A stretch of DNA of 64,000 nucleotides from a virus (IMGVR_UViG_3300028886_000075); one strand, 5' to 3'; numbered from the stretch's first letter, positions 19,701-28,183 are shown. A program made the numbers and translations. Notes: a model not told the origin generated them from the letters alone.

Positions 19701-20318
19701 ATTAATACATTCTATAAAGCTAATCATATTACTACAGAATATCCTGAAGGTAAATCATTAGAACCAAGAGTATATAGATATCAATTATTAGATGTTGGTG
19801 ATACAATTGATTTTACAACTTCATTTATAAATCAATCAACTGGTCAAGAAACTCAGATACAACATATGATAACGGATTATTCTAATGAAACAATATTAAA
19901 GTATTTGATTAATGTTAAAAATGTTATATTTGATGGTCTTTCATTAACTAATATATATACTAATTCATCTTCAAATACAGAGATTAATCAATTCGATTTT
20001 AGTTATATGGTTAATCTTGAAACTGTTTCAATAGTAAATTGTGATCAATTAACTGCGAATATTGATTTATCTAATAACAATAAATTAGTTTCTGTAGATG
20101 CAAGAGGAACTACAATTAATATTATTGTACCTGAAAATTGTACAACATTAACTACATATAAACTAGGTACGCCAACAAGTGTAACATTACATGGATGTAC
20201 TGGGTTAGTTCCTGCTAATGTATCGACTGATGATTCAGATAATATTAATTATATTGATATTGTTAATTGTGGTAACAATCAATCATTCTCAATATTTGGA
20301 AATGTAATGGGAGTATAA
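13752..20318 (+). CDS. giant virion-associated protein (2188 aa) with C-terminal leucine-rich-repeat-like repeats
   Basis: Uninterrupted 6.5-kb ORF inside the structural module. The C-terminus carries LRR-like repeats (LSLTNIYTN..LETVSIVNCDQLTANIDLSNNNKLVSV). A central region is rich in His/Trp/Asp motifs (HFHYEPWDMD, HRHWWLS). Confidence 0.6.
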   Translation: MAKKQETYNGNITEFIDWVNGVDSITGRNKTNNLQVSGGAIRKLIQNHLKNPITMIEDKENGLYRIFSSEAAYKAWESDPDTYSNLELFNFVRPSDYTIETNLNIDNRYLISGLHDQSITKLVYDWVVQNDKGTFEDNIVATYTITTAAGAVTKFSQNYDTSSKHVELDVYDYLDVGQTSVRIDLRAVSTGATRNYTIYITQLILELESDFPYYSEHTPGVAITYSWNLKRNNADNASSLYVYVDGIEVNKQDIQLGSANVSGTVTILTDNLAGSFIPPLNDVTSDGRVSHVLQMCVKTKYNNFDFTSNILYYTFEIKSSDSGIKNYFINNFFNFSAGTKIFPISFEGLYLSATQYMPVSMNWAYYTDMLASENTVQINWKLYENDEGTDLATMEASKGYKPDPLEFIPATYSKEVEFSPATATIKLVGEYTSQDGQTRKLCSIPMYIAKSALNMVETSGYDYKLSAYGRSNASQTKSIWNGEKAVSNLDNITTKFTNIKWDDNSGWFEHSFRTSGDNSYCEISYNPFKGNPSAGRTIEVEFESEKISDPSDILITIGVPYDPADPEHTRGPRIEIGANKATLYDKAGNDCIHTNYKANERVKIAFIINPENNTSDSGLIYIVSDGVLERGAMAAGHDFTTQNGKIIIGKSASGVKFYNFRTYLRNIGYSDEYNNFIYDNDEKLKLINNNAVVDSSTQQIDYQLCCRKLDTILISGNLSQILKGETGKEESEIDVTIERFCPFDTTKNFKVEGCRIRKHGQSTLNYPITSMKFWLNKSVNPEKTPKFTCEGQAYLGLNKNRYKMKDNSVPSNKFILQANYADSSGVHNGSILRAINDSWFNADINGEFKLRTEPQLFSTNQTATLNDGTVMGKNSEGQNWDDCTKNPSTGQTYTFPYQIRNAPDSFPCVVFYKDTEGTNKTTFLGQYVFMEDKKSDFTFGERSIYKADPKDPFCMYTENKDYDTDDNKIWDNDNVLRIEVLNINTFFTSYMSDHDENNISFDARIPQSQGLDIYRWEQDFEVIYPDPDDLAGKVEKGTDKWGTNSKFKRTTDPFVNWFKWLVSTYNNHEKFRTEAPAHLDLYKMAAYYITMLRLGLVDSGERNVQIKTYDGVHFHYEPWDMDIALGNKNTGGIAYDPPINRNTKLGAEEWAISGKSTVTSNWLWDALEAWPLFMNTIVPTTAEALSKAGFNYNSLTKMFDEEYSGRWCEIIYNESGHYKYIENGGSERQYLDWLQGSRINHRHWWLSTSMDYYDARWTCGDFKSHFIYIAAGHTQTTAGTDIITVTPSNPTFLTLTQNDGEVNTDIEVSQEGDSTGDNTEQVVVAKECSRTNPATFDISTLSFSNKVPTKILGATYIETLDIACLANRIDLLDIKGAYSEVNGASIKTINVGNTITKDPDYNDNYHYIGGVNTTYNLRLQVSPQNDNLENLNTLNIRGQLGKRGSNPSVNPNSLFRGGNEKTGRPQIKNLYAMGAHFNYFQSSKSGNDFENLELPAINYDGVKDAYENLLPLSTMGSIEMHNSSWQNISFWNGVVDPVTNKIKYERYNINGNYDYYVPTSISSITFTGSTANSAKAKDFIFNWINGIIYETTLAHEGETEEQIQAAVDAALAEKTLILKDVNWQKETCGNDFALSYDDLILLSKLNNGENNNGGTTYKGYVILTGGAKLTPIELTRLQILFGESAFERTGSGLIIDQENEDVQINLAGDAYIGDNGEFYLREVPTNATNKGKGGIAVLNATKFRLQEITNTDYNWYVKSEFGSDDPTSSYKSCRISVGQDGRTYLTASESQYGNYRVNVGVTIGQEQKWIVINIIGTTYPDSFEINANPINGQYLYNVDEGYIFGSGSSSSEFYITPNKEYDGTIYDVVWTLKRDADNVTLINKESYKIYEQTRSLEEVMLAEADSYLKKCYNVNGTVSNPLDSPYGIMLKAINSPVTSDMYYYTLIVDIIYVSGKTISTSKKIIIMDDQQPIMTNGTLLYQLINTFYKANHITTEYPEGKSLEPRVYRYQLLDVGDTIDFTTSFINQSTGQETQIQHMITDYSNETILKYLINVKNVIFDGLSLTNIYTNSSSNTEINQFDFSYMVNLETVSIVNCDQLTANIDLSNNNKLVSVDARGTTINIIVPENCTTLTTYKLGTPTSVTLHGCTGLVPANVSTDDSDNINYIDIVNCGNNQSFSIFGNVMGV

Positions 20319-20340
20319 TTATTTTATTAAATATTTATAA

Positions 20341-20375
20341 CATGGGTAATTATTCAATTAATTACCCATGTTTTG
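20341..20375 (+). terminator. rho-independent terminator (12-bp stem catgggtaatta/taattacccatg then TTTTG)
   Basis: Read directly from the sequence. Confidence 0.75.
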
Positions 20376-20489
20376 ATATATAATTGTTTCATTCATAAAT
20401 ATTTTTTTTATTTTTAAATAAAATAATATATAAATTCAAATAAAATATTATTTTTTAATATATAACAAAAATATCTGTAATGTATTAGT

Positions 20490-22193
20490 ATGACAAATAA
20501 GCGTTGCTTAATTTATGAAACATTAGGCAAAGTTTCAGATCTTCAGATTGTTGAGTCTGAAAATAGCAACGAAATGCGTCTTCATGGTATATTTGGTGTA
20601 TGTGGAATAAAAAACCAAAATAATCGTGTTTATGATAAAGATAATTACGGTCAAATGGTTGAATCTTTACAAAAAGAAATTCAAGAACATGGATGTCCAG
20701 GTGAATTAGAACACCCTAATTCTATGAATATTAATTTGCAAAATGTTTCACATAAGATAGAAGATATTCAAATGAATGAAGATGGTACAATTACTGGTAC
20801 AATACTTTTGCTTAATACTCCAAGTGGTAAGATTGCAAAAGCTATTGTTGAAGGTGGTTTACCACTTTATATTTCTTCTCGTGGTGCCGGTACAATTACT
20901 AATGAAGGTCGTGTTACGTTATCTACTATTAAGACATATGATCTAGTTGGTACTCCTGGATTTAGTCAAGCTAAACTTACTTTAAAGCCAAATCAAACTC
21001 TTGAATGTCTCAATGAAGGTCTAGATAATGATACAAATATCTGGGCAGTTATAGATGAAGGTAAAGATGATGATGATTTACTTGATAGTAATAATGACAA
21101 AGATAAGGATTCTAATGATAATGAATCTAAGGATAAATCTAAAGAAGAATCTAAGGATAAATCTAAAGAAGAACCAAAAGATAATGAAAATGACGATAAC
21201 AAAAATAATGGCAATGATAATATTGATATGAAAGAATTGAAAGAAGCTATAGATAAACTTACAGAAAAAGTTGAATCTTTAGAAGCTGAACTTCATGTAG
21301 CTCAAGAATCTTTGAATGAGACAAAAGAATCAATTAAGCCAATTAATTATGAAGCAATCGAGAAGTGGTGTACTGAGGAATTTGCTCCATCTTTAAAAAA
21401 TGAATTTAATGAAGATGTAGAAGAAAAAATTCAAAACAGTATCAATGAATCAATTGAATCATTAATGGATAATGTACAAAATTGGATAGTTGAAGAATTT
21501 GCTCCAGAAGTACAAAATTGGGTAGTTGAAGAATTTGCTCCAGAAGTACAAAATTGGGTAGTTGAAGAATTCTCACCTGAAGTACAAAATTGGATAACAG
21601 AAGAATTTGCTCCAGAAGTACAAAATTGGGTAGTTGAAGAATTTGCTCCAGAAGTACAAAATTGGGTAGTTGAAGAATTCTCACCTGAAGTACAAAATTG
21701 GATAACAGAAGAATTTGCTCCAGTTGTTGAAGGTTGGATAACTGAAGAATTTGCTCCAGAACAATCACAAACTATTGAAGCTAAAGTAAATGAAAATGTA
21801 TCTGCATTTATGGAATCTCAAAAGGCAGGTCGTTTAGATGAAATTGATAGCTTATTAGAATCTATTTCTCAAGATAGTAATTCAGATGTAAATAAGATTA
21901 TTAAAGAACAAGCTATTGAAAATAAATATAAAGGAGTTTTTGTTGTAGAAAATATGCCTTCTCAATATACACCTCAATGGGAATTATTAGATGAAGCACG
22001 TCAACAAGAAATAATCCGTACATCAAAAATGTATGATTTCTCTAAAGAAGGTGTTTTAGAATCATTCTGGGCTAACCAAGATTTATCAAAAACTACTGTA
22101 ACTAATAAAGTAAATGAATCAGTTAATCCAATTAATTCATACCAAATGTCTATAGTAGAAAAGATGAAAGCTCTTCGTAATCATGCAATTTAA
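20490..22193 (+). CDS. gp21: prohead protease (T4 gp21-like, peptidase U9 family) fused to an acidic repeat-rich C-terminal (scaffold-like) region
   Basis: The N-terminus aligns by eye with T4 gp21: PGELEHP against LGELNHP, YISSRGAGT against GVSSRGLGS, and DLVGTPGFSQA against DAVWGPSAP. The C-terminus has a KD/E low-complexity stretch and 8 copies of QNWVVEEFAPEV. Confidence 0.8.
   Translation: MTNKRCLIYETLGKVSDLQIVESENSNEMRLHGIFGVCGIKNQNNRVYDKDNYGQMVESLQKEIQEHGCPGELEHPNSMNINLQNVSHKIEDIQMNEDGTITGTILLLNTPSGKIAKAIVEGGLPLYISSRGAGTITNEGRVTLSTIKTYDLVGTPGFSQAKLTLKPNQTLECLNEGLDNDTNIWAVIDEGKDDDDLLDSNNDKDKDSNDNESKDKSKEESKDKSKEEPKDNENDDNKNNGNDNIDMKELKEAIDKLTEKVESLEAELHVAQESLNETKESIKPINYEAIEKWCTEEFAPSLKNEFNEDVEEKIQNSINESIESLMDNVQNWIVEEFAPEVQNWVVEEFAPEVQNWVVEEFSPEVQNWITEEFAPEVQNWVVEEFAPEVQNWVVEEFSPEVQNWITEEFAPVVEGWITEEFAPEQSQTIEAKVNENVSAFMESQKAGRLDEIDSLLESISQDSNSDVNKIIKEQAIENKYKGVFVVENMPSQYTPQWELLDEARQQEIIRTSKMYDFSKEGVLESFWANQDLSKTTVTNKVNESVNPINSYQMSIVEKMKALRNHAI
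21474..21762 (+). repeat. in-frame 36-bp tandem repeat x8 (encodes VQNW[IV][VT]EEF[AS]PE)
   Basis: Direct repeats of gtacaaaattgggtagttgaagaatttgctccagaa with minor variants. Confidence 0.85.
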
Positions 22194-22300
22194 AAAATAT
22201 TAAATAATATTTTTCTATTCAAAAAGAAAATTTTTATTTTTATATAAAATATAAAATTCTCATTAAGAGAGATAACAAATAAATTGAAGTTTTAAATAAT

Positions 22301-24058
22301 ATGTTTAATGAACAAAATGGCGCACAGACATGGGAGAAAATGTTGAAAGAAAACTTCAACGTAACAGACCAGGAAAAACTTAACTGGGTTTCTCAATATG
22401 CTGCTATTCACGAAATTCACGAATCTCAACTTGGAATCAATGGTGGTAACGTAGTAACAAGTACAGCTTATCCAGGTGTTGGTCCTATCTATACAACTCC
22501 AATGAATACTCTTGGTATTGGTAACCCAACTGCTCCAAGTCAATTAGATCCAATGAGCACTGCTCCTTACAATCAAGCTAACCCAACAGGTTCATTCTGG
22601 GGACAAACTCCAGGTTCTGGTGATATTCCAGTATCTACACTTCCAATGGCTCTTAACGTTGCATTGTTAACTATTGGTCTTGAACTTGTACCTGTTATTC
22701 CTGCTAAGGGTCCTTGGGCTATGTTAACATACATGGACTTCCCATACGCTGGTGGTAAACTTGGTCGTGTAAATGAAACATCTTTCGATGGTAAAGGTGA
22801 AAAGAATGAAAACAAACCAATCTACATCAAGATTAAAGGTTTAACACTTCCACAAATCGCTGAAATACGTGAAGCTATGGAAGCTGCTCAAAATCCTGTT
22901 AAAGCTGACGATGCTGTAGTAGTTGCAGGTTTCAAAGGTACATTCATTATGCTTGGTCGTATGGATGCTTGTCCTCTTGTTAAGGTTGTAGAATGCACAG
23001 ATGCAAATACTTCAATAGTTGAAGAATTTAATGCTGCTACATCTGTTGTAATTGGTTCTAAGACAATTACTCTTGCTGCAGGTCAAAAGGTTACTCCTGA
23101 TTTCGTACAAACATCTGTTGATTTAGTTGACGGTTTCGCTAACTTCGCTACAGGTAAGAAAGAATCTATGACACGTGCTCAAAATGAAACTGGTACAGGT
23201 AATGTAATTGGTCTTCGTTTATTCAGTAAGTGGGTTCAAATGGGTTCATACGAAGTTACTGGTACTGTAACTCGTCAACAATTACAAGATCTTCCACTTT
23301 ATGGTGTTGATGCTGTAGGTAAAGTTATGGAAGCTCTTCAAAACGAAATTACACAACACATCAACCAACGTATTCTTGAAAGAGTATTTGCTCTTGGTGT
23401 TACAAATGCTGTACAACAAAAGGCTCGTCAAGGTGTTGATTTGAACTTGTGGATGGGTAAGACAGGTGCTTCTGTTGACATGGCAGATCATTATGCTGGT
23501 GTTCCTCACTTCACAGATATCTATGGTACAGACCATAAACCATTATGGAAAGGTATTTCTAACTCTGAAGTTAACACTTCTGCAGAAAATCTTTCAACAC
23601 GTCAACGTCGTATCATGAGCCGTATCTTAGCTGCTGCTAACTTAATCCAATTGGTAGGTCGTCGTGGTCGTCCAACATGGATCGTTACTAACGGTAAGAT
23701 TGCTTCTGCTCTTCAAGATGTATCTGGTTATGTAGTTGCTCCAATGCTTAATACAATGTCTCAAGCTAATACTCAAAACTTATATCACGCTGGTACAGTT
23801 GCTGGTCTTCAAGTTTATGTAGATCCATATATGGACTGGAATGATACACGTATCTGTATTGGTCGTAAGGGTACAGGTAATGAACCTGGTGTAATATTCA
23901 TGCCATACATTCTTGCTGATACTGTATCTATCACTGCTGAAGGTACAATGGCTCCTAAGATGTTGGTTAACAGCCGTTATGGTATCGCTGAAGCTGGTTT
24001 CTTCCCAGAACTTGCATACTTCACATTGGTTGTTGATTCAGAATTTGATTTGATCTAA
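22301..24058 (+). CDS. gp23: major capsid protein (T4 gp23-like)
   Basis: Several collinear matches to T4 gp23: DLPLYGVDAVGKVMEALQNEITQHINQRILE against LRAVHGMDADAELSGILATEIMLEINREVVD, GRRGRPTWIVTNGKIASALQDV against GRGEGNFIIASRNVVNVLASV, and the C-terminus MPYILADT...RYGIAEAGFFPE against APYVALTP...RYGIGINPFAE. Host-optimal codons. A terminator follows the gene. Confidence 0.88.
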   Translation: MFNEQNGAQTWEKMLKENFNVTDQEKLNWVSQYAAIHEIHESQLGINGGNVVTSTAYPGVGPIYTTPMNTLGIGNPTAPSQLDPMSTAPYNQANPTGSFWGQTPGSGDIPVSTLPMALNVALLTIGLELVPVIPAKGPWAMLTYMDFPYAGGKLGRVNETSFDGKGEKNENKPIYIKIKGLTLPQIAEIREAMEAAQNPVKADDAVVVAGFKGTFIMLGRMDACPLVKVVECTDANTSIVEEFNAATSVVIGSKTITLAAGQKVTPDFVQTSVDLVDGFANFATGKKESMTRAQNETGTGNVIGLRLFSKWVQMGSYEVTGTVTRQQLQDLPLYGVDAVGKVMEALQNEITQHINQRILERVFALGVTNAVQQKARQGVDLNLWMGKTGASVDMADHYAGVPHFTDIYGTDHKPLWKGISNSEVNTSAENLSTRQRRIMSRILAAANLIQLVGRRGRPTWIVTNGKIASALQDVSGYVVAPMLNTMSQANTQNLYHAGTVAGLQVYVDPYMDWNDTRICIGRKGTGNEPGVIFMPYILADTVSITAEGTMAPKMLVNSRYGIAEAGFFPELAYFTLVVDSEFDLI

Positions 24059-24125
24059 TAAATATATGTGAGACATTTCTGACTCGCCTCTATATATTAA
24101 TCACGTTCCTAAATGGAACAACACT

Positions 24126-24156
24126 GAGCAGGGTTTTTAAACTCTGCTCTTTTTTG
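24126..24156 (+). terminator. rho-independent terminator after the capsid gene (gagcag-12nt-ctgctc then TTTTTTG), preceded by a second small hairpin gttcc-taaat-ggaac (24105-24119)
   Basis: Read directly from the sequence. Confidence 0.7.
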
Positions 24157-24303
24157 TTAAAAAATATTCATTATTAATAATAATATTTGAATATAAATTT
24201 TCAAATGATATTAAAAAATTTTATTTTTATTAAATTGTATAATATTCTATTTGCATAAATTATGGTTATAGAATATATTAATACAATTAATGCATATAAT
24301 AAA

Positions 24304-24311
24304 TATAAATA
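24304..24311 (+). promoter_or_regulatory. TATAAATA T4-type late-promoter-like motif upstream of the tail sheath gene
   Basis: Exact TATAAATA lies 15-22 nt upstream of the ATG at 24326. Confidence 0.35.
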
Positions 24312-24325
24312 AAAGATATACAAAT

Positions 24326-27300
24326 ATGGCAATTCCAGTACATTTGCAACAATTTAAAGCCGCAGGTATATACCGTGTTGTATTTGATCATTCAACTGTA
24401 TTGAATATGGACACACAAATGCTTAGATTGGTTGTAGGATATTCAGAAGTTGGTCCTTTTAATGTTCCAGTTCTAGTACAAAATCCTCAAGAATTTAAAG
24501 CAATATTTGGAGATATATCTAAAAAGCTTGAAAAACGTGGTATTTATTTCCACCGTTTAGCATTACAGATGCTTCAGGTAAGTCCAGTGTTATGTCTTAA
24601 TCTTAAAAAATTCGATGGCGAAACAGTAGGTGCTGCTACTATTAATACTGAGTTTAACCCTAAGTTTACTCCAATTGATGAAGTTAAGTTAAATGTTGAA
24701 GACATATATGACACAACACGTTTCTGGACTTTGGATGCTGAACGTCTTAATAATTTACGTTCTGTAGAAGGTACATTGTTAGATCAATATATTAATATTG
24801 CTACAACTAATGTAAAGAATACTTCTGCAACATACTTTATTCGTAAAGCTTCAGGTTCTAAAGTTGCTGGTTATAATATTACAGTTAACGATTGGTATTC
24901 TGACGAAACTATGCCAGATTACATGGAACCTTATAAGAATAATTTAATTTCTGACTTCTTTGCAGAAATTTATGTATTCAAAGGAAAATTTGAAGCTAAA
25001 CAAATTCTTGCATCAGATACATTAAAAGATTATTTCATTGTAACAAATGAACTTGATGAAGATGGTAACCAAGTATTAAAACTTCGCGATAAAGTTATTA
25101 ATGCATTTGGTGAAGCTGTCGATACTCTTGATGCATTATATAGAGATGAAACATCTAATGCATTAGGTCATTATATTGGTTCTATTATTCCTTATTTCAA
25201 GAATAAACAAGGTGCTTATGCTTGTCTTGATGTAATTTTCAATACTGATCTTGATGTTCATAATATGATGTTAACATTCAATAAGGATTTACTTGAAGAA
25301 GAACTTGCTGCTAATATTGATCTTTCTGGACGTATGTTTATTCCAACAAAGTCAAATCCTAATAAAGCAAACAGTTCATTAAGTATTGATAAAATTTATG
25401 CAGGTACTGCTACAACAACAGTATTAGGTAACGTTAATGCTCCTGTTATTGCTGATGTTATTTCATTTAAATCTAGTATTTATGATCCTGAAACAGAAAC
25501 TGCTATTCAAGATTTGGTTGTTTCTCGTAATCGTATTTCAGGTACTCTTTATGTTAAAGAAATTACTGAAAATCAAATATTCCTTGCTCAAGTAGGTTCT
25601 GAACAAGAAGTTGTTTTGACTTTTTACGATGAAACCGATACAAAAGCTAAGACTGTAGCTGCAGCTAAAACTCTTGGTGTAATATTTGATGGTAATGGCG
25701 AACCAATTGATGAAACTGGTACAATGTGGAAAGCTGGGGATGCATTCCTTAACAAGATTGACCCACTCGCTGGTCCTCAACAAGTAATTACTGCTCTTTC
25801 TCGTCTTGAACATAAATCAGATGATGGTACAGAATATACTGACATTGATGAAAACATGAAACCTTCATTAAAAGAAAGTGAAGTACAAACAATAGCTAAG
25901 TATGTTAATACAAATACTGTTGGTGCTGATTCAGTTTATGGTTCTTCTATTTCATTCATTGATTTCTGTGATGATAACTGGGAATATGTAGAAGACGCTG
26001 AAATTCAAACTGGTGTTAAGCAAGCTGCTTTGATTGGTACTGCACAACATGATTCTTCATTGATTAATGTACTTCAAAAAGGTGATTGTATCTTAGCAAA
26101 AGACAATACTGTTGATGTTAATGATAACGGTGAAAATGATGATGCTGATGGATTTGAAGATAATGTTTATGTACAAGAAACAGGTACTAAGACTGATGAA
26201 AATGGTAACTTCTTATTCTATTATATTATTCTTTCTGCAGAACCTTACTTCTATGAAATATTAGATGAAGAAACTGGTGCTATGGTTAATCAATGTTTAG
26301 TTCGTGTAGATGCTGCTCTTAACCAAGAAATTGGTACAATGACTCCTCAATATCTTGAAGGTTATACATATAAGAATGATCGTCCACTTGGAACAGGAAT
26401 GTATGCTAAAGTTAAATGGCAAGAATTTATACTTTCTGCATTAACTGATTATAAGGGACTTCGTACTGGTCTTTTGAATAAATCTGAAATTGATTATCGT
26501 TATGTAATTGATACATTCGAATCATTCCCAGTAACTAGTCTTAAGAATGCACTTTCTTATTTATGTAAAGAAAAACAATCTGCATTCTGTATTGCAAACT
26601 TCCCATCAGTACAAAATTTTATTAAGTGTCCTTATACATCATTCACAGACTCTAAAGGTGTATTTAATGTAGATTATGTAGTTAAAGGATTCAATAAGAA
26701 GAAAGCTGCTTCTATGATGTTTAGTTTACCTTCTGAAATTGATGGTGCTTCATTTATCGCATTCTATACTCCACTTAAGTTTACTGATGGATATATTGAT
26801 ACAATAGTTCCATCTGCAGGTTTAGTTTCTAACTTGTTTGTAGGTAAATATTTGGGTCGTCAACCTTACTACATTGTTGCAGGTCCTAATTATGGTAGTA
26901 TTACTGCTGCCGGTTTAGTTGGTCCTGATTATAAATACTCTCAAGATGAACTTCAAATAATTGAACCATTTGGTGTTAACTGTATGGTATATCGTCCAAA
27001 CTTTGGTACATTCATTAATGCTAACCAAACTGCTAAACAAACTCCTGTTTCAGCACTTTCTAAGGTTAATGTTCGTGAATTGGTAATTTACTTACAGGAC
27101 GAAATTGAAAAAGTTCTTCAATCATATCAATGGGAATTTAATAACCCACGTACCCGTAATGCAATTCTTGATAAAGCAAATCAAATTTGCGCAGTTATCA
27201 TGGCAAATGGTGGTATACAAGCTTACCAAAATATAATGGATGAATCTAATAACACACCTGAAATTATTGATAATGAAATGGCTGTTATTACAACTCGCAT

Positions 27301-27385
27301 TGAACCAGGTATGGGTTGCGGTAAGATGGTACAAGAACTTCACCTATACAGAACAGGTCAAATGTCTTCAAATATTATAGATTAA
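24326..27385 (+). CDS. gp18: tail sheath protein (T4 gp18-like), enlarged with insertion domains
   Basis: Sheath-like N-terminus (AAGIYRVVFD...VVGYSEVGPFNVPVLVQNPQEFKAIFG). The C-terminus DESNNTPEIIDNEMAVITTRIEP parallels T4 gp18 CDTTNNTPSVIDRNEFVATFYIQP. The start is moved from the ORF-track ATG at 24290 to 24326, because the TATAAATA motif would otherwise fall inside the coding sequence. Confidence 0.8.
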   Translation: MAIPVHLQQFKAAGIYRVVFDHSTVLNMDTQMLRLVVGYSEVGPFNVPVLVQNPQEFKAIFGDISKKLEKRGIYFHRLALQMLQVSPVLCLNLKKFDGETVGAATINTEFNPKFTPIDEVKLNVEDIYDTTRFWTLDAERLNNLRSVEGTLLDQYINIATTNVKNTSATYFIRKASGSKVAGYNITVNDWYSDETMPDYMEPYKNNLISDFFAEIYVFKGKFEAKQILASDTLKDYFIVTNELDEDGNQVLKLRDKVINAFGEAVDTLDALYRDETSNALGHYIGSIIPYFKNKQGAYACLDVIFNTDLDVHNMMLTFNKDLLEEELAANIDLSGRMFIPTKSNPNKANSSLSIDKIYAGTATTTVLGNVNAPVIADVISFKSSIYDPETETAIQDLVVSRNRISGTLYVKEITENQIFLAQVGSEQEVVLTFYDETDTKAKTVAAAKTLGVIFDGNGEPIDETGTMWKAGDAFLNKIDPLAGPQQVITALSRLEHKSDDGTEYTDIDENMKPSLKESEVQTIAKYVNTNTVGADSVYGSSISFIDFCDDNWEYVEDAEIQTGVKQAALIGTAQHDSSLINVLQKGDCILAKDNTVDVNDNGENDDADGFEDNVYVQETGTKTDENGNFLFYYIILSAEPYFYEILDEETGAMVNQCLVRVDAALNQEIGTMTPQYLEGYTYKNDRPLGTGMYAKVKWQEFILSALTDYKGLRTGLLNKSEIDYRYVIDTFESFPVTSLKNALSYLCKEKQSAFCIANFPSVQNFIKCPYTSFTDSKGVFNVDYVVKGFNKKKAASMMFSLPSEIDGASFIAFYTPLKFTDGYIDTIVPSAGLVSNLFVGKYLGRQPYYIVAGPNYGSITAAGLVGPDYKYSQDELQIIEPFGVNCMVYRPNFGTFINANQTAKQTPVSALSKVNVRELVIYLQDEIEKVLQSYQWEFNNPRTRNAILDKANQICAVIMANGGIQAYQNIMDESNNTPEIIDNEMAVITTRIEPGMGCGKMVQELHLYRTGQMSSNIID

Positions 27386-27401
27386 TTTATTATTAAATAA
27401 A

Positions 27402-27425
27402 GGAGATGGGTTTAAACCCATCTCC
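27402..27425. terminator. 24-nt perfect GC-containing palindrome ggagatgggttt/aaacccatctcc between the sheath and tube genes (terminator or RNA-processing hairpin; no T-run)
   Basis: Read directly from the sequence. Confidence 0.4.
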
Positions 27426-27468
27426 ATATATAAAAAAGAATATAAGAAATACATAATTAATATAAATA

Positions 27469-28080
27469 ATGGCAACTAAATCATTAACTCATTTACCTCA
27501 TATTAAGAATGTAAAATCTGGTATTAATAAATACGACCCAGTACATAATTCAATATATGAAGTATATTTTACATTGCCTGATGCTTTGAAACCTGAATTT
27601 GCTGAAGATGAAGTTTTATTAACAGAACAAGTAACAAATGTAAGTGGTTTGGATGTATTACAAAAGACAACTCCAGCAGGTGAACAAAAATTCTATGGAG
27701 TTACTGTTTCATATTTAAATCCTGTTCTTGATACAACTGCTGCTGATATTACAATTGATTTCAACCTTAACTTACGTAATGTTACAGATAACTTCGTTCT
27801 TAAATTGTTTAAGGCTTGGGAAAATCTTTCATATAATCTTGCTGACGGTACACGTTCAATTAAGGTAGGTTATATTTCTGATAATTTAAGAATTGCTGTT
27901 GCAACTCGTAATGGTGATGTATGGAGAAGTACTATATTCCACCACATTATGTTAACTAATGTTACATCTGAACTTGATGCATTAGATTATCAAAATAATG
28001 ATGCTATGAAACTTCACTGCACATTCCGTTGTGACTATTGGGAAGATGAACTTTCTGGTCCACAAGAATCAGCTGCATAA
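27469..28080 (+). CDS. gp19: tail tube protein (T4 gp19-like)
   Basis: C-terminus LDALDYQNNDAMKLHCTFRCDYWED against T4 gp19 LQLDWDSNNEIQTFEVTLALDYWE. Sits directly after the sheath gene. Confidence 0.75.
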   Translation: MATKSLTHLPHIKNVKSGINKYDPVHNSIYEVYFTLPDALKPEFAEDEVLLTEQVTNVSGLDVLQKTTPAGEQKFYGVTVSYLNPVLDTTAADITIDFNLNLRNVTDNFVLKLFKAWENLSYNLADGTRSIKVGYISDNLRIAVATRNGDVWRSTIFHHIMLTNVTSELDALDYQNNDAMKLHCTFRCDYWEDELSGPQESAA

Positions 28081-28111
28081 TGTTGAATTTTTTATAAATT
28101 ATCTAAATATA

Positions 28112-28149
28112 AAATACACATACTCAGAGTATGTGTATTTTGTTTTTTT
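28112..28149 (+). terminator. rho-independent terminator (aaatacacatactc-aga-gtatgtgtattt then TGTTTTTTT)
   Basis: Read directly from the sequence. Confidence 0.75.
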
Positions 28150-28175
28150 ATTATTATATATATTAACAAAACTAT

Positions 28176-28183
28176 TTATAAAT
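28176..28183 (+). promoter_or_regulatory. TATAAATA late-promoter-like motif 9-16 nt upstream of the 28192 ATG
   Basis: Exact octamer in an intergenic region. Confidence 0.35.

Noticed and set aside
21474-21762. Regular 36-bp direct repeats that could suggest a CRISPR array
   Set aside because: The repeats are contiguous with no spacers. They are in frame and encode a repeated 12-aa peptide within the protease/scaffold gene. No cas genes are present.
21442-21768. Minus-strand ORF across the 36-bp repeats and the 20993-21214 minus ORF
   Set aside because: Antisense reading of the in-frame tandem repeats in the protease gene.
22292-22815. Minus-strand ORFs 22292-22543 and 22573-22815 overlapping the capsid gene
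   Set aside because: The capsid gene call is secure and these are antisense to it. Their translations are compositionally odd.
24059-24289. tRNA gene in the 230-bp gap after the capsid gene (T4-like phages often carry tRNA clusters)
   Set aside because: Only two short hairpins of 15 and 24 nt with terminator character are present. There is no cloverleaf-sized structure or conserved T-loop or D-loop sequence. The other intergenic gaps were scanned by eye with the same result.
24290-24325. ORF-track start of the sheath gene at 24290 (MHIININKRYTN...)
   Set aside because: The extension contains the TATAAATA promoter-like motif and is AT-only sequence. The internal ATG at 24326 (MAIPVHLQQFK) begins the conserved sheath N-terminus.
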